64,000 nucleotides of DNA from Octopus sinensis (taxonomy: Eukaryota), in NCBI RefSeq assembly GCF_006345805.1, contig NC_043003.1:19840001-19904000 (forward strand), read 5' to 3'. Below, in pieces: positions 13,924-27,542 of this stretch (position 1 is the stretch's first letter; every line of letters begins with the position of its first letter). The position numbers and the translations under genes were made by a program. The notes under the pieces are model-generated. The model was not told the origin of the DNA, made no database searches, and saw only the letters and a list, made by a program, of their open reading frames with translations.

Positions 13924-14564
13924 AAAATTTAGTGATGAAAGCAGGAAAAATCGAATTCAAAACACGAGTAGGCCGCTGATGTTTATAGAGTGTTAAACAC
14001 TTTCGGTATGCAATTTAGGAACTCCTTCATAGAGTAACTGCTGCATTTGTTGAGTATATAAACAGTTTGGCAGTTTGTTTCTCTGGATACTGTTGTCAGA
14101 ATGGTGTAGACGCCTTTGATTCGAACCCAATAAGGTTCGAATAAATATACAAAAATATGCAAGACTTTTCTCAAGTTCCAAATGTGAATTTTCTGTGTTA
14201 ACTATATCCCAAAGATGGATCCTTGTATCTTTGTTGGAAACTGGCTCCCTCCTCAGTGGAAGATTTATAATAATTAAAAAATAGAAGACACACATATGTA
14301 TCTATCGTTTTGGTGATGCAAACAGGAAAAATAGAACTCAAAACACACGTGTCACTGTGTGTGTATGTATGTATATATAGGGAGAGTTTACGAAAAAAAC
14401 ACAAGACGAAGACAGGTGATGTACAAAACAAACAGATGTATTAGTATAACAGATGTATTAGTACAAAACAAACAGATGTAATTAGTATATATATATTTGT
14501 AAAAAATGAAGTTTGAAAATGCTGCTATATTAGACAAATTTTTGATTTTTATATATACATTATT

Positions 14565-14613
14565 TATTTAACATGTTTCGGTTCTTGAAATGACGAACCT
14601 TATCAAAGAAAAT
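14565..14613 (-). ncRNA. Hammerhead-like motif, U3-A8 variant, weak stem I
   Basis: TTGATAA GGTTC-gtcatttcaa-GAACC GAAA CATG TT. Confidence 0.55.
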
Positions 14614-15014
14614 TTATATATAAAAAAGATAGTTCATGCTATCAAATATAAAAAATTCATATATAATAAAAAATTATATATATGGAGCGAGTCCATGCTA
14701 TATGTTTAAAGAGTATGAATAGTAGTTCATAGTGGTGATATGCATCAATATAAAAAATTCATGTTCTTGAAAAAGCGAGGAATTCATTTTAGGTTTTACC
14801 TTGTGTTCCAATGGGAGCAACTGTGATGACTGTTGGTTTGGTTGTCTGTTCGAATAGTTCTGGTCATATATAATATTATATATATTAGTAATCCTTAGAA
14901 TTTGTAGAGTGTCTCAAGCGCTGAGAGTTTCGTGCATTTGTATTTCCAACGCACAAAACCCTCAGTCCTATAGTCACTTGTAATTTCTGTCGATTATTAA
15001 TTTTTAAAAAATAA

Positions 15015-15058
<44 letters not shown>

Positions 15059-15942
15059 CTCGCACACACACTTACTTTTCGACTTACTTTCTCTTCCTCA
15101 ATTTTCTAAAAAAAAAACACACACATGAAAAAATTTACCTCAAATTCGCTTCTAAGATAGTTTAATTGTTATTCAAAAATTTTTTTTACAAGTATATATC
15201 AATTATTTATAAAAAAAACAATAACTTTGCAGTAAAACTAATACAACCAAAATCTTACAGATACAAACTATAAGTTTATTAAAATTATCTTATTTTCACT
15301 AAAGATTTTCAATACATTTTCGATATAGCTTTCCAAGTCACATGCAATATCATATTAAATATAATAATTCTCACTTATTAAAACAAACATTTAACTACTA
15401 ATTATTTTCTTCCTACAAGCCGGTTTATAATGGTTATTTGTTGCACTCTCACTTACACCTTTTCCATATATGAGAATAGTTTAAATATCTTCTGTTAAAT
15501 TTTTCTATGCCTCTGGCAAATTTTTCTATGCCTCTGGCAAATTTTTCAAACTAATGCTAGAGCCGCAGGTACGTTGAAGATGTAGTAGTGTAGTTAAGAA
15601 ACCGGCTTTGTAACCGCTTGGTTTCGGGTTCTATCACACTGATTATATTTCTATACAGTCTATAACACACTGTTGCTCATCGGAGTTCAGGATGTCCAGT
15701 ATCGAGTATCCATAAATATAATAAAATTGTGTGTCACGAATCAGAATCATCCGAAATAATAGTTTCTTCATAAAACCGATATTGTCTTTCAGCAAACGAT
15801 GTATTTCGCTGTCAGCATTGAAACGAGGATTTGACAGCAGAGAAATATGATTTCTTGCTTTAATTTACATTAATCTTATATACATAGATAGATATACATG
15901 TGCTTATGTATTGTGTATATATATACATATACATATATATAT

Positions 15943-15974
<32 letters not shown>

Positions 15975-16123
15975 TGTATGCATATGTACATCATATTTAT
16001 ATATATGTATAAATATATGTGTGTATGCATGTTAACATATATATATATGTAAATATGCATACACACACATATATATTATATATACATATATATATACATA
16101 TACACACAATATATACGCTTATG

Positions 16124-16198
<75 letters not shown>

Positions 16199-16404
16199 GT
16201 CTATCTATCTATCTACACATACATACATACATATATTCATACACACATGCATATATATGAATAAACAAAAGAAAGAAAGGAAACAACGAAAAAGAAGAAA
16301 ATAAAGAAAGAGTCAAAATACCATGGAATTGGATCAAACTAGGGAGTTCACGATTGGGATGCAAATTTCTTAATTATTTGGGTATGCTTCTTTTGCTAAA
16401 AATA

Positions 16405-17680
16405 TCAGGCTGAGTAAAAAGTAAGCAACGTTTTGAAACATGAAATTCATCGCAATATATTTCAACAATGCGGGGATTTTTTCATCAAAATTGTACCATT
16501 ACAATCGACACATTTTTGCCAACGAGTTACAAGTTTGTTTATTCTAGTAACATAAAAATCTGGAGTTTTGCAGCTGATCAACTCTTTGAACGTACTTTCA
16601 GCATTGGTTCGAATTTTGAACTCCTTCTCTTGCAGGAAACCATCAAAGTGCTTGAAAAAGTGGCAGTCAGTAGGAGAAAGGTCTGGGGAATAAGCTGACT
16701 GGGGAAGAACTTCGTAGCCAAGTTCCATCAACTTCTGGAGCGACATTAGTGAAACGTGTTGTCATAAAGAATGATCGGCCCTCTTCTGTTGACCAGTCTG
16801 GGATGGAGGAGTAGCAGTTTTTCATTCATTTTGGCAATTTCATGGCAATATGTTTCTGCAGTAATGGTTCTTCCGGGTTTTAAGAAGTTATAGTGGATGG
16901 GTCCAGCAGTACACCACATAACAGTCACCATAACCTTCTTTTTGAAGAGCTCTGGTTTAGGGAAGGTTTTCGGCGCTTCATGTTAGCCCAACCACAGCGA
17001 AGAACGTTTGTTTTTTTTATTATTATACAGAATCCACTTTTCATTGCAAGTTACAATACGGTCGAGAAATGGATCAGTCTGGTTACGGAGAAGAAGCGAC
17101 GAGCAAATTTCATATCTGCACATTTTCTGATTTTCATTCAAATCGTGTGGTACCCATTTGTCGAGTGTTTTTGATTTCCCGATCGCATGCAAATGGTTGC
17201 AGGCAGTTTTCAGGCTAACTTGAAGTTCTTTTTCCAGCTCTCAAGTCGTTTTACACGGACCTTTCTGAATGACGGTTTTTAGTTGACCGCCATCAATGAC
17301 AGATGGGAGTCCACTACGCTCACGATCTTCAAGACTCAGGTCTCCACTGTGAAATCGTTTAAATCATTTTGGAGCTAACCACTCACTGGTCATTTCCTCA
17401 CCAAACGTTTCGTTGATATCACGAGAAGTTTCAACTGCTTTACGTCCATTTTAAAGTTGAATAGCAAAATTGTTCGAATATCGCGCTTTGATAGTTCCAT
17501 TTCAGATGATAGTAACAATGGTGAAAAAAATAACAATGTTAATTTATTGATGCATTTGAGCAAGTCTTCGTCTGTATTATCAGACAAGTGCAAAAAAATG
17601 TTTAAAAAAATTTAAAAACTGCAAAATCCGGTACAAATTCTTCATGGTTGAAAACGTTGCTTACTTTTTACTCAACCTGC
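16405..17680 (-). mobile_element. Near full-length mariner (DD34D) transposon, pseudogenised
   Basis: About 32-bp TIRs (caggc/ttgagtaaaaagtaagcaacgtttt), TA flanks, 1276 bp. ORF pieces carry WVPHDL, IVTCNEKW, YDN, YSPDLSPTD and RWQKCV, with frameshifts and stops. Confidence 0.93.
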
Positions 17681-17794
17681 TATTTCTATGTATATATTTG
17701 CATATTGTACATAACATTTGTGTACTCTTGTATTAGTGTATTTGTGTATCTGTGTGCCTGTGTTTGCTTATGTCCATCTATTTGGTGTCTGAGT

Positions 17795-17795
17795 A

Positions 17796-17826
<31 letters not shown>

Positions 17827-19125
17827 TGTATGTATGTATGTATGTATGTATGTATGTATGTATGTGTGTATGTATGTATGTATGTATGTATGTATGTACG
17901 TTGGGATAGAAAGACTGTGTTTATGTATTCACTCTTATGTAGGAGTGTATGTGTATCGCTCTAGTGGCATATGAATATGTACGTGTCTGTACGTGTGTAT
18001 GTGTGTGTATGTGTATGTGTGTGTGTGTATGTGTGCGCGCGTGTATCTGTGTGTGTCTGTGTGTTTGTGTATATGAGTGTGTGTGTGTGTGTGCATGTGT
18101 GTTTGTGTGTGTAGATGAGTGTGAGTGTGTGTGTGTATGTGTATGTGTGTATGTGCGTGGGTGTGTTTGTGTGTGTGACTGTGGGTGTGTGTGCATGTGT
18201 GCACGCGTGTGTCTGTATGTGATTTTGTGATTGTGTATGTGAATGTGTGTGTTTGTGTGTGTGTATGTAAGTGTGTGTGTGTTTGTGTGTTCGATTGAGT
18301 GTGTGTGTGTGTGGTGTGTGTGTGTGTTGAGTGCGTGTGTGTGTTTAAGCATCCGTATGTAACAATGTGTTCATTAATGTTAGTTTCAAGCATTTGCAGA
18401 CCAGCATTTGTTTGTATGTGAAAGTACACGTTTGTTTCTATGTATGCGTGTTTGTGAGTTTGTTTGTGTTTGTTAGTATGTGTGTGTGTGTATGTGTATG
18501 TGTGTGTGCATGTGCGTGAGCGCATGCATAAATGTGTGCGTGTATGCGTAAGCAAATGTTCTACATATATTTGCATCTGTGAGGATGTATGTGTATGTGT
18601 GCATATCAGTATAGATATTGTGTGTATGTGTGTGTGTATGTGTGTGTATGCGTGAGTACATGTGTTTATGTGTGTGAGTGTGAGCATATTTGTATATATA
18701 CTGTGTGAAGGTGTGTTTGTGTGTGTACGCAAGTGTGTACACATACATATATCTGTGAGTCTGTTTATAAGTATGTATATGTGTGTGAGCATGTATGTGT
18801 ATGTTTATGTACCCGATGCGTGCGCGCGTGTGTGTGTGTGAAGTGTTTGCATATCTGTATGTTATGTGTATGTGTGTGAGAGTGCATGTTTGTCTATGTG
18901 TGTGAACACAAGTGTGTGTGCATATACACATGCATCTGTATGTGTGTAAATGGATGTATGTGTATGAGGATGTATGTGTATATGTAAGTACGTGTGTGAG
19001 TATGTGCATATCAGTATATATCCTATGAGACTATGTGTGAGTATGTATGTGTGTGTGTGTGGATGCGCACGTGTATGTGTGAGTGTGTAGGCATATGTTG
19101 TGAAGTGAAGTGAAGCGTGGAGAAT
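17795..19125. repeat. Long degenerate (TG)/(TATG) low-complexity tract
   Basis: About 1.3 kb of TG-rich degenerate microsatellite. Confidence 0.9.
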
Positions 19126-20689
19126 GTTGTCAGATTAAACAACACAGGAAAATAAAAGAAGCGAAAAGATGAAACAAAAAATAAATAGAGACAAACAAAA
19201 CACGAAATAAAAAACAATATACCTATAGCACGCACAACAAAAAACAAGAAATATAAAAATAAACGAATGAATGTAACAAATATATATAAAAAAATAGTGT
19301 TTGAGAAAGAATAAGTGATTAGCAGAATGGCTGGAAAGAATAAAGATAAAGAATCTAAAGACCATTAACGGCTTAGTCTGGTTCTTTGACAGACAGCAGA
19401 GAAGACTAGTTAAGTAGTTTTGTCTTCGTCACAATATGTAGCCTGAGAAATTTTACATAGTGATTTTTCTGACATTTGTATGTCTCTGCCCGCTCGCCTG
19501 CTGGCTCGTTCTTTCGCCTGCTTGCTCACGCCTTCACCTATACATGCGAACGTTCGCATACATACACGAAATATACAATATATCACGCAAATACGTTCGC
19601 ACACATGTTAAAAAATTTATAATATATATTGATAGTTAAAAGTTATTGAGAAAGTGGCTACGATGTGCATAAAGAATAAAGAAATGAAAGAAAAAAAGCA
19701 ATAAACAAAATGAAACAAATGTTTGCACTATTCTGTTATTTATTTCAATATTTCGGCCTTCAAGAAACTAATCATGAATGGAGGAGGATGAAGAGCTGTG
19801 AGTAGAGAATAGAACATTGTTCAGACATGCGCAGATAAATAGGATTGTAGGAGTATTGATTCATTCGTAGATTGATAGTGCTATATTCATGAATTAATCA
19901 TATTATTTAGAGTACGTTTTAACTGTTTAATGCGAATAGCCCCTTTGACTCCTGGATTTTCGGTGGGATGTTTTCGCTGAGTGAAATACAGAGTGAAATA
20001 TCATTCAAACAAGAACCAAAGCTGAATTGTTTTCTCACTTCATCGAGAACTTACCTTCAATTTACTGTCCTGACTTAAACAAACGATAAAATTCCTCAAA
20101 GTGTTTGCTTGACATGCTAGAAATAACCGAATCTCCTCATAAATCATACTTACAGTCTTAGAATTTTGATACAATTCTACGGACGGGGTTTGATTCATTT
20201 TCCATCTACCCATTTCCACTTACAATGTTTAGGTCGATTCGAAGCTAAGGAAAACATTTGGCTAAATTGCCACAGAATGGGATTGAATTTGGGACGCCAT
20301 GGTTGCAGCATGAACTTCTTAACTTCTTAACCACTCAGCCATGCCTCATCCGCTGTATGGAGATGATATTAGACGTGTGTATTCAGGATAATGTTGCCCT
20401 GGAAAAATATCTTAAAAGGACGGGATGGGATGTCTCTGTACAGGTAAGCTAAATCAAGGTTGATTTGATACTAAACAGAAACAACAAATCAACAGCAGAG
20501 ACAACAACAAATGCAGCCAAAGAGGTAGCAACAGTTCACACTGCTAATACAGGCATTGTTATATGGGAAGAAGATCACATATTTGCACGATACTACTTGT
20601 AATCAATTGAATCGACTGCAGTATATTACAAAATAATAAATCTTGCGGTTATCTGAGTTAAGTCTGCACTGACGCAATAATTAATATCT

Positions 20690-21880
20690 GTTAAGACACG
20701 TGGAAAAACTGCACAAAAACGAAAATAACAAAATAAATCAGAAACAAGAGAATAAAATCAAGGAATGTAATGAACTTGTGGAGAAAAGGAAAGTAACAGA
20801 ACTCGACGTTTCGAACGGTTGTCATTCATCAATACAGATGGAGAAGGTGGCCAGCAGTTCACGCTACCTTTTCTTTTCGCAAAAGGATTTTAAAAAAATG
20901 TATGTATGTGTGTTTCAATGAATAGGAAGTCAAACCTATCAGCAAGATAGTGTGTTTTGTATGTGGAATAGTGCGGAATGAATGTGTGATGGTATAATTA
21001 AGACATAATGTTAATGAGTGGTGTAAGCAAGGTGTCGTAGGCTGTGGGTGGAGATGTATGGTTGTGTAGTGGATGGGTGAGGTAGTAGCTAAGAGCTTGT
21101 GGGAAGAGAAGGTTGATAGTGTGGAATATTGTTTGGGCGCATGTTCGTGCGATGGGAAATAAATGCACGGTCTTGAAAGGCGTGTTGTTATATGGGTGCG
21201 TGTAGCGAATAATAAACGTGCGGTATATTACATGGGTAACATTAGCAAGATCTTATAGTGTGGGTGTATGTATGTATTTATGTGTGTGCGTGCGCCCGCG
21301 CGTGCCTGCATGTATGTGGGTGGTCATTGATACCACTTGGTATCAGTTGTTGATATTACTAGGGGTAATCCTGGGAGTGACCAGGATTATTGAAGTGGTT
21401 GGTCACAAGACTTAGAGATATAATGTTGTGGACCTCGTGTTGTTACGTACAGTAAATGCTCACTAAAACAATCAGTCTCTTCCCGACCAGTTTTTTCCTA
21501 TATACAGTAAACCACAAAGTTGACGTTTAAGGCAGTCGATAACATTATTGGGAGCACAGATGTTGCAGCCCGTGACATAGAAAGATGATTCTGGCTGCGT
21601 ATAGAGTTCTGATATTCAGGACGAAGGAATATATGCTGCCGTAGGATCGAGAACAAGTTTCGGATGCAGGTTGGATATGGAAAAAGGAAAAAAACAAAAC
21701 AATGGGCAACAAGGTCACTTTGAGTGTTGTTGCGTCTGAAGGAACGAGGATATAGAAAGTTGTTTGGGTCTAATTGGATGGAAAAACTGCGTTGTTAGAT
21801 AATGTGCAAGAGAATTTGGGCGGCAGATTGGAAAGTGAGGGGCTCGTCAATAATTGTTTATCCAAAATATTTATGTATCT
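20690..21880 (-). mobile_element. Degenerate Penelope-like element, 3' part (GIY-YIG remnant)
   Basis: Minus-strand remnants NVIDCLKRQLCGLLYIG, then after a frameshift GRRL-DCFSEHL, VTNHFNNPGHS and LIPSGIN (about 21330-21590). Decayed hammerhead-like TTGATGAA..GAAACGTC at 20800-20835. Confidence 0.7.
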
Positions 21881-22099
21881 CATTTACCTAGGGTGTGACA
21901 AGTACTGATAAGACTAATTTTCGCTTAGGAGGTCTAATAACACCGAAACATGTTCAAAATTGTTTCCGTGCTTGCCAAAAGTCTAATTAACCTCGCTGTA
22001 CTACGATAATCATTGAACTTTTGATTTATCTGAAGCTCAGAGTTGTCTCCCTTGTCTTTTTAGACCAGAATTAATAATTCCATTCATCGATTTTTGATG

Positions 22100-22330
22100 C
22101 CCACTATTCATGGAAGGATCGTGAGAGTAGACCTCTCAGTTATCTCCCCAAGGAGCCCTATAAAAGCAACTTTTATAAAACTTTCGCGCTGGATTCTCAA
22201 GCGTAACCTGCTGTGATTATGGATATCATCCGACCATCCTGTTCTTGGTTTACTGCATCTCCTGCCAGCTGGTTCAGCTTCAAGAATCCGTCTTGCGATC
22301 ATTTCCTGGGACATTCTAAACTTATGTCCG
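22100..22330 (-). mobile_element. RTE-type LINE 3' ORF fragment
   Basis: QEMIARRILEAEPAGRRCSKPRTGWSDDI resembles the RTE C-terminal R.RGRP..W.D motif. Confidence 0.65.
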
Positions 22331-23621
22331 TAGTATAGGAGCTGTGACTTCTCATTGCGAAGTGGCTAATAATACATTTTTTCTTCACGACAGGTGTAAT
22401 TTTAGTTAATTAGAAATCTATTTGGATCACTAGATTAAGTATATCAGATTCCCCCTAACATGACTCTATGTTTTCCGTGCAGATGGCATCTCTGTGTAAT
22501 TCCCCGCAGGCATTCTTTTGAGAACCAAGATAAGCCAACCACTTCAATTTAGAAATGAAAATAAAGACACAACAAGCACACTCTCTCTCGCTCACTCACT
22601 CACTCCGCTCATTGTATCAGACAATATAATCATAGACTTCTGGGAGTTATTATCGATATAAACCCACCAACCCATACAAACAGAGCACTTTCAGTATAGT
22701 AGTTCTGTGTGTGAGAGAGATACAGAAACAGACAGATAGAGATAGATAGATAGATAGATAGGTAGATAGATAGATAAATAGAGAGGGAGAAAGGGAAATG
22801 AACGTGTAGTGTTTAAAATCTTAAGAACATTCTAATCAAGTAAAATGATGCCATTCTCGTGACTTTCTCATTTACTCTATGTCTGTGTATTGTTCTTTCC
22901 TATCAAGAAACACATGAAGAAAATTGATGAAATCAATTACTACAAAAGTAATTGGCATTATTTGTATTGACTTCTGTCATCATTTAAAGACACTTGTCTT
23001 CAATTCTCTCCCCGCCGCCCTCGGCCCCTCACTCTCCAGACCTCAGCTACAGATGATTTGTTGCTGTTGCTGTTGTTGTTGTTGTTGTTGTTGTAGCTTT
23101 TTTCTTTCCCCCCGTGACGTGGACATCTCGCCAGAAAGATTATTCTAATAAAGTTTAATATCAATTACACCAAACCCTCAGGTATTATAATTTCGATACT
23201 TCCAATTACTTTATTAATAGGTGCAGACAAGCATGGCTGTATGGTTAAGAAGATCGCTTTGCAGCCACGTGGTTTAACGTTCAATCTCACTGTGTGGTAG
23301 CTTTGGAAAGTATCTTCTGCTATAGCCACAGGACGATCAGTACCTTGTGTGCGAATTTTGTCTATATCCTTATCTCCAAGAGGACAAGGAGATAGACAAA
23401 GAACATGTTTTACCAACAACATCATAGTTGTAACTGAAACTGAGTTTGTGTAAAATTATACTAATGTGTCCTTCTAATTTAATTAAATTCTGTCTTTGTA
23501 CAGCTGAAGGTTGCTCTATATCTTAAATTGATGTAATAAAATGATTTCATTGTTCATTTAAATGGAGTCGCATGAAACGATCGTACTGCATTAACTCTGG
23601 ATAGCCTTGTTGCTTATTTTG

Positions 23622-23656
<35 letters not shown>

Positions 23657-23663
23657 ATATATA

Positions 23664-23730
<67 letters not shown>

Positions 23731-23879
23731 GTATATACATATATACAAACATATATATACAAACATATATATACATATACATATATACATATACATACAG
23801 ACACATGCACACACGCATATGGTGATGGCTGTCCACTCGTGACCGAAGAAGACTGGCTATCTCTGACCATTGCTCATGC

Positions 23880-24345
23880 AAAATGTCAGTATTATCCGTG
23901 CACAAAGTTATTAGTCAGCTTCATCCGGTTTCGCGTCCGCAGCTCTGTGCTCACCGCGGCGACCTCCTACTCGACCGGGAATCGGAAAGTCGTCTCGCCG
24001 GTAGTTGCACAACCTAAAATTTTAGGTCCGATAAGGCTTGCACGGCATCCTACAGACCTTCTCCACCCTATTTCCTGCTTATCTAGTTTTATATCAGAGT
24101 GACCTTCTAGAGATACGCTTTAGTAAAAGCTGAGGGAAGCCTCACTACTAGTGGCCTTCCAGCACACCGGACACCAACCTGGAATTCCTGAGGGCGCGTG
24201 ATATTGCTAAATAGTTGTTGAACCTACACTAGATTCATCTGTTCTTTTGACAGGTTTTGTTTTTAGTCCTGCTGGGTTTCTAGCATTACTCCTCACCAGG
24301 GAAGCCTAGTGGAGGAGGTGATTTAGTCGCCGATGACCCGACTGT
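23880..24345 (-). mobile_element. Dispersed repeat, putative RTE-type 5' region
   Basis: Homologous to 31080-31370 and 5720-6190. Confidence 0.55.
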
Positions 24346-24568
24346 ACCACAAATATGTCCAAAATAGAAATTCTCTAGCACACCCCGAGACATGGGTGAT
24401 CGGACTGAAAATTCTCATAAAGTGAGAGTCCGGAAGTGAATAGTATTACATTTACATCTAAATATAGGATAAAATTTCTGTCGGCTTACTTCCAGACGTG
24501 TGCTTATAGTGATGAATTATATGGTTATTGACATTTAAGTCGATTTTCGGCATATTTGGCATATGTTG

Positions 24569-24605
<37 letters not shown>

Positions 24606-24612
24606 GTATATA

Positions 24613-24905
24613 TGGAGGCGCAGTGGTTAGGGCAGCGGACTCGCGGTCGTAGGATCGTGGTTTCGATTCCCAGACTGGGCGTTGTGAGTGTTTATTGAGC
24701 GAAAACACCTAAAGCTCCACGAGGCTCCAGCAGGGGGTGTGGCGATCACTGCTGTTCTCTTTCGCCACAACTTTCTCTCACTCTTTCTTCTGTTGGCCTG
24801 CTCGCTTAGCCAGCGGGGTGGCGTCATTTGAAGGCTAAAACAATGCGAGCGCATTGTGACCAGCGATGTGTAGCAACATCTGATAGCCTGGTCGGTCACG
24901 GTGAT
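24613..24905 (+). mobile_element. SINE family C head with an alternative 3' module
   Basis: Head and 5' body as at 62184; 3' half as at 27058-27170. Confidence 0.85.
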
Positions 24906-24911
24906 CATGTG

Positions 24912-24946
<35 letters not shown>

Positions 24947-24952
24947 ATATAT

Positions 24953-25050
<98 letters not shown>

Positions 25051-25177
25051 TGTACATTTAAAATATAAGAGATGGTCATAACAGGACATATGACCCGCTA
25101 GAAGGAGTAAAACTCCAAACCACTATTAGGGGTAATTTCGAAAGGGAATGAAAAATAAAAAAAACATTTACCATTTA

Positions 25178-25216
25178 TTTCCTGTACCATGGTTTCTAGC
25201 TATCTTCAGCAATAAA
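25178..25216 (-). ncRNA. Minimal hammerhead-like motif with loopless stem II
   Basis: tttattg CTGAAGA TAGCTA GAAA CCATGG TA caggaaa: palindromic ACCATGGT stem III, GUA site, stem I 6/7 pairs. Confidence 0.45.
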
Positions 25217-25230
25217 TAATATAATAATGA

Positions 25231-25293
<63 letters not shown>

Positions 25294-25504
25294 ACTAGTT
25301 TCTCTGGATCCAGAAAAAAGTAACTACAAAAACTCTACACCTTCTCCCAAAAGCTTAAAAACACTCCTCAAAATAAAAGACAAACAAAACATGACGAATC
25401 GGTCATGACTGAAATACGTTGCTTCATCAACACCACCCACGCAACAACTGATACTTGTAACACCCTGTTTACTGTTGCAATGCCTCCACCATCAGGCCAC
25501 TGCT

Positions 25505-25732
25505 AGCACCATCATCATCATCATCATCATCACCGTCACCAACTCTACTATAACCATCACTATCACAGTCACCTCCCATCACCTCCCATCATCACCATTA
25601 TCATCATCATCCCATCATTATCACCCCGTCATTATCACTCCATCATCACTATCATCATCATCATCACCACCACCACCACCAAACCCATCATAATCATTAT
25701 CGTCGACATCATCATCATCGTCGTCGTCGTCG

Positions 25733-25776
<44 letters not shown>

Positions 25777-25850
25777 GTCGTCATCATGATCATCATCATC
25801 AGCATTGTCGTCGTCGTCGTCATCAGCATCAGCATCGCTACCATCACTTG
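25505..25850. repeat. (CAT/CAC/CGT)n trinucleotide tract
   Basis: Visible array; source of the poly-D and poly-M ORFs. Confidence 0.9.
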
Positions 25851-26947
25851 CAACTGTATCGGTTATAGAGTCAGTCGTCAAAAGTTTAATTACATGTACT
25901 TTTTATAGAACGCTATTACAGTAAGATTTATCTCCACTTTACTCCAACAATCTCAATATCCCCCGCGCAAACCACCTCCACTCATCATTAAAACGAAGTG
26001 AGAATTTCAAAAGCTGTCTACGATAAAATTAGTGTTAGTTCTTTTACTTTTTAATACATATGTGTATATTTAGAAGAAAAAAAATCTTGTTTTTTAAGTT
26101 CACTTTTTTTTTCTTGGTATTTATTCATAACAATCTGGTGTAAGTTGTTTGCCCGTCGGAGAGATAAAAATCTGCTTTTTTTCCCTTTCCCGAATTCAAT
26201 ATTGTTTGTCTAAAAAAGAAAAATAGAAAATAAATAAGGTCAAGATATAAAAATGCGAAATCTGTGTGCAAAGAGTATAAATTTAGATGATAATGGATTT
26301 AACACGTTATAAAATTGAAATTATCGAGGAATGTTTGAAAAGAGGTAATTGGCTATTACCCAGAGTTGAGAATAAGTACACATTTAAATGGACGTCTGTG
26401 AGTTATTCTGGTTTTGATGTGGCGAGAGGGAGATAGATAGATAGACAGATAGATAAATAGATAGATAGATAGAGGGAGAGAGATTAAGAGAGAGAGAGAA
26501 GAATGGGTGAATGATGGATTTGGCAGTAAATCAAAGCGGCTAATTCCTTTGCAGACGCAGATCCTCTTGTGTTGTATATTCTAGTCACTCACGACCATCT
26601 TGTTCTTGTTTAAAGGCCATGTAGGACCATATTTCTGTAAAGTGTCCTTATTCAAGACGTCAGGGCGGGAGTTTTGATGTAACACGCAGAGAACAAAATA
26701 CAATGTATTCTTTATTTGTCACAGCGATTCTGCCGCCGTTTTATGTATGTATGTATGTATGTATGTATGTATGTATGTATGTATGTATGTATGTATGTAC
26801 GTACGTATGTATAAATATATATGTATATATATATAAATTAGAAAAAAACACCTTTTATCAATTCAATAATGAAAAATTAAATTGCACCACCTACAAAATT
26901 ACATATTATAGAAAGATTAAATATAAGTTTGGAATAATATTCCCTCA

Positions 26948-27007
<60 letters not shown>

Positions 27008-27021
27008 CATTATTATTATTA

Positions 27022-27057
<36 letters not shown>

Positions 27058-27058
<1 letters not shown>

Positions 27059-27300
27059 GACCGGCCAGACTATCAGATGCTGCTGCATCTCGCTGGTCAC
27101 AATGCGCTTAGCATCGTTTTAGCCATCATTTGATGGCTAAAACAATGCTAAGCCACCCCGCTGGCTAGGAGAGAAAGCCAACACTCTCTCTTGATCGGAA
27201 GGGGACTGGAATGGAGGAACGTAACATGAAGTGTTTTGCTCAAGAACACAACGATTGCTGGTCTGAGAATGGAACCCAGGAACTAGCGATCGTGAGCGCA
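27058..27300 (-). mobile_element. tRNA-derived SINE with CORE-like 5' body and the same 3' module as 24613
   Basis: gtgttcttgagcaaaacacttca in the 5' body; 3' cattgtgaccagcga..catctgatagtctggccggtc. Confidence 0.75.
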
Positions 27301-27313
27301 ACATATATATACA

Positions 27314-27542
27314 TTTCTTTACTACCCACAAGGGGCTAAACACAGAGGGGACAAACAAGGACAGACGAACGGATTAAGTCGATTACATCGATCCCAGTGC
27401 GTAACTGGTACTTAATTTATCGACTCCGAAAGGATGAAAGGCAAAGTCGACCTCGGCGGAATTTGAACTCCGAACGTAGCGGCAGACGAAATACGGCTAC
27501 GCATTTCGCCCGGCGTGCTAACGTTTCTGCCAGCTCACCGCC
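27314..27542 (-). mobile_element. SINE family A, full length, tail i
   Basis: Near-consensus sequence. Confidence 0.9.

Noticed and set aside
13983-14295. 63-aa and 100-aa minus-strand ORFs
   Set aside because: No recognisable homology; compatible with chance.
14920-14970. GTGC..GCAC-GAAAC on the minus strand
   Set aside because: The core reads CTGAGGGTTTT and stems I and III do not form.
19544-19559. 16-bp palindrome ATGCGAACGTTCGCAT with an HSE-like core
   Set aside because: A single short palindrome with no supporting promoter context.
21900-21960. CTGATAA..GAAACATGTT
   Set aside because: C3-A8 mismatch, and stem II does not abut GAAA.
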